Below, piece by piece: positions 62,951 to 64,000 of a stretch of DNA of 64,000 bases. The stretch's first letter is position 1, and every line of letters starts with the position of its first letter. Location: assembly GCA_051294375.1 (NCBI GenBank), contig CM119268.1, positions 21,968,010 to 22,032,009 of the forward strand, given 5' to 3'. This DNA is from Paraspadella gotoi. Lineage: Eukaryota > Animalia > Chaetognatha. Both the position numbers and the translations under genes were made by a program. A model generated the notes under the pieces. The model was not told the origin of the DNA. It did not search any database and saw only the letters and a list, made by a program, of their open reading frames with translations.

Positions 62951-64000
62951 TCGAATATGGGCAAAAGACTCTGGAGTTTTAAGACTTGAGAACAAAAAAT
63001 AAAAGATGTTCAGTTTTTATGTTTTTTTTATTTTTCTTTTGTTTCTTTTTTTTTTAACATCTTAGCCAGAGTTTTTTGAATTTAGTTCGACCAAAAAAAA
63101 AGACAATTTATCTCTCCAGCCGCCATTATTCGAGTCGGTATAATCTTTGTCCCCGTTTATTACATTGCCTCAATATTCCTTGTAGACTATGAACCAAAAT
63201 GTGATAACCCTGCGTTCCTCCTTTCAAAAATGACAATAATTCTGATTTATTATTCCCAAAAAGACAAAGAAATATTATGTCTCTCAGTTTCTTTAAAAAA
63301 AAAAGACAAATATATTCCAGCTACCTATATTTCACTTACTACGCCCCCTACCGGCCGCCCCGTTGACCTGAACCCTCAACACTCCAGAATAGTTAGTTTT
63401 ATGTCTTTACTGTGTTCATAATGGACCTTGATTGGCTGCAACGCAAACGATTTGTAATAATTTCACAAAATCGTTTTGCATTACTCGTTTGTGTGCTAAA
63501 TATGTTAGAGCTGTGTGACTTTTACAGTAAAACTAAACCAAAGTTTCTTGCCATATTAACGAAAAAACTGTGACTGTTAATTCGCACCTTCTCCACTCTT
63601 ATTCTTTGTAAATGTACTGCCAACTTTTATTATAAAATAAATTTGATTCATATGATCTTCACAACTTTAGTCTTTGGCAAACGTGAGTTAGTAATGATAT
63701 TGTAATTCTGTTTTGGAGAACAGAGATATTATAAATGGTTCAAACGAGCAAAGGGAATTTTTGAAAAGAATATGATGATTGATTCAAAGGCGATCACTTA
63801 TCACTGAATATGAACAAAAGAGCAATGATTTAATTTTTGAAATTGTATTTCTATATAATAATTTTCAGTACTATTGATATAAGTAGACTTTATTCTCATT
63901 GTTTAATTCTTCTATCTTCTTTTTCTATGTCATTTTCTCTGACTTTTGCTGTAACCATCAGTAACATCAACATTGACCGACCGACCAATAATTAAAAATA

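Overview
Animal (metazoan) nuclear genomic DNA: AT-rich introns, GC-rich exons, many (AG)n/(AAT)n microsatellites and one N-gap. The ORF track is mostly uninformative, so I built the gene models by hand from GT/AG junctions and reading-frame phase. The main feature is a cluster of five zona-pellucida (ZP) module membrane-protein genes. They are a ZP-C-only gene (5355-10416, -), a full ZP gene (17961-21590, -), a NIDO + Cys-rich + ZP gene (~22249-32723, -) and two tandem ZP-N-only paralogs (42444-44900 and 46346-47794, +). Other genes: the 3' part of a Cys-rich/C-type-lectin gene, an intronless HHxxxDG condensation-type acyltransferase with two 1-nt frameshifts, an intronless CHST15-like sulfotransferase, tRNA-Ser(GCT), and two uncharacterised genes. 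Mobile DNA: a complete miniature LTR element with tRNA-like LTRs plus solo LTRs with 4-bp TSDs, two short insertions carrying a hammerhead ribozyme inside a long hairpin with 12-bp TSDs, a DINE-1/Helentron-like element, and a MITE with a telomere-like core. Several 1-nt frameshifts are probably assembly errors. Domain calls come from motif recognition, not database searches.
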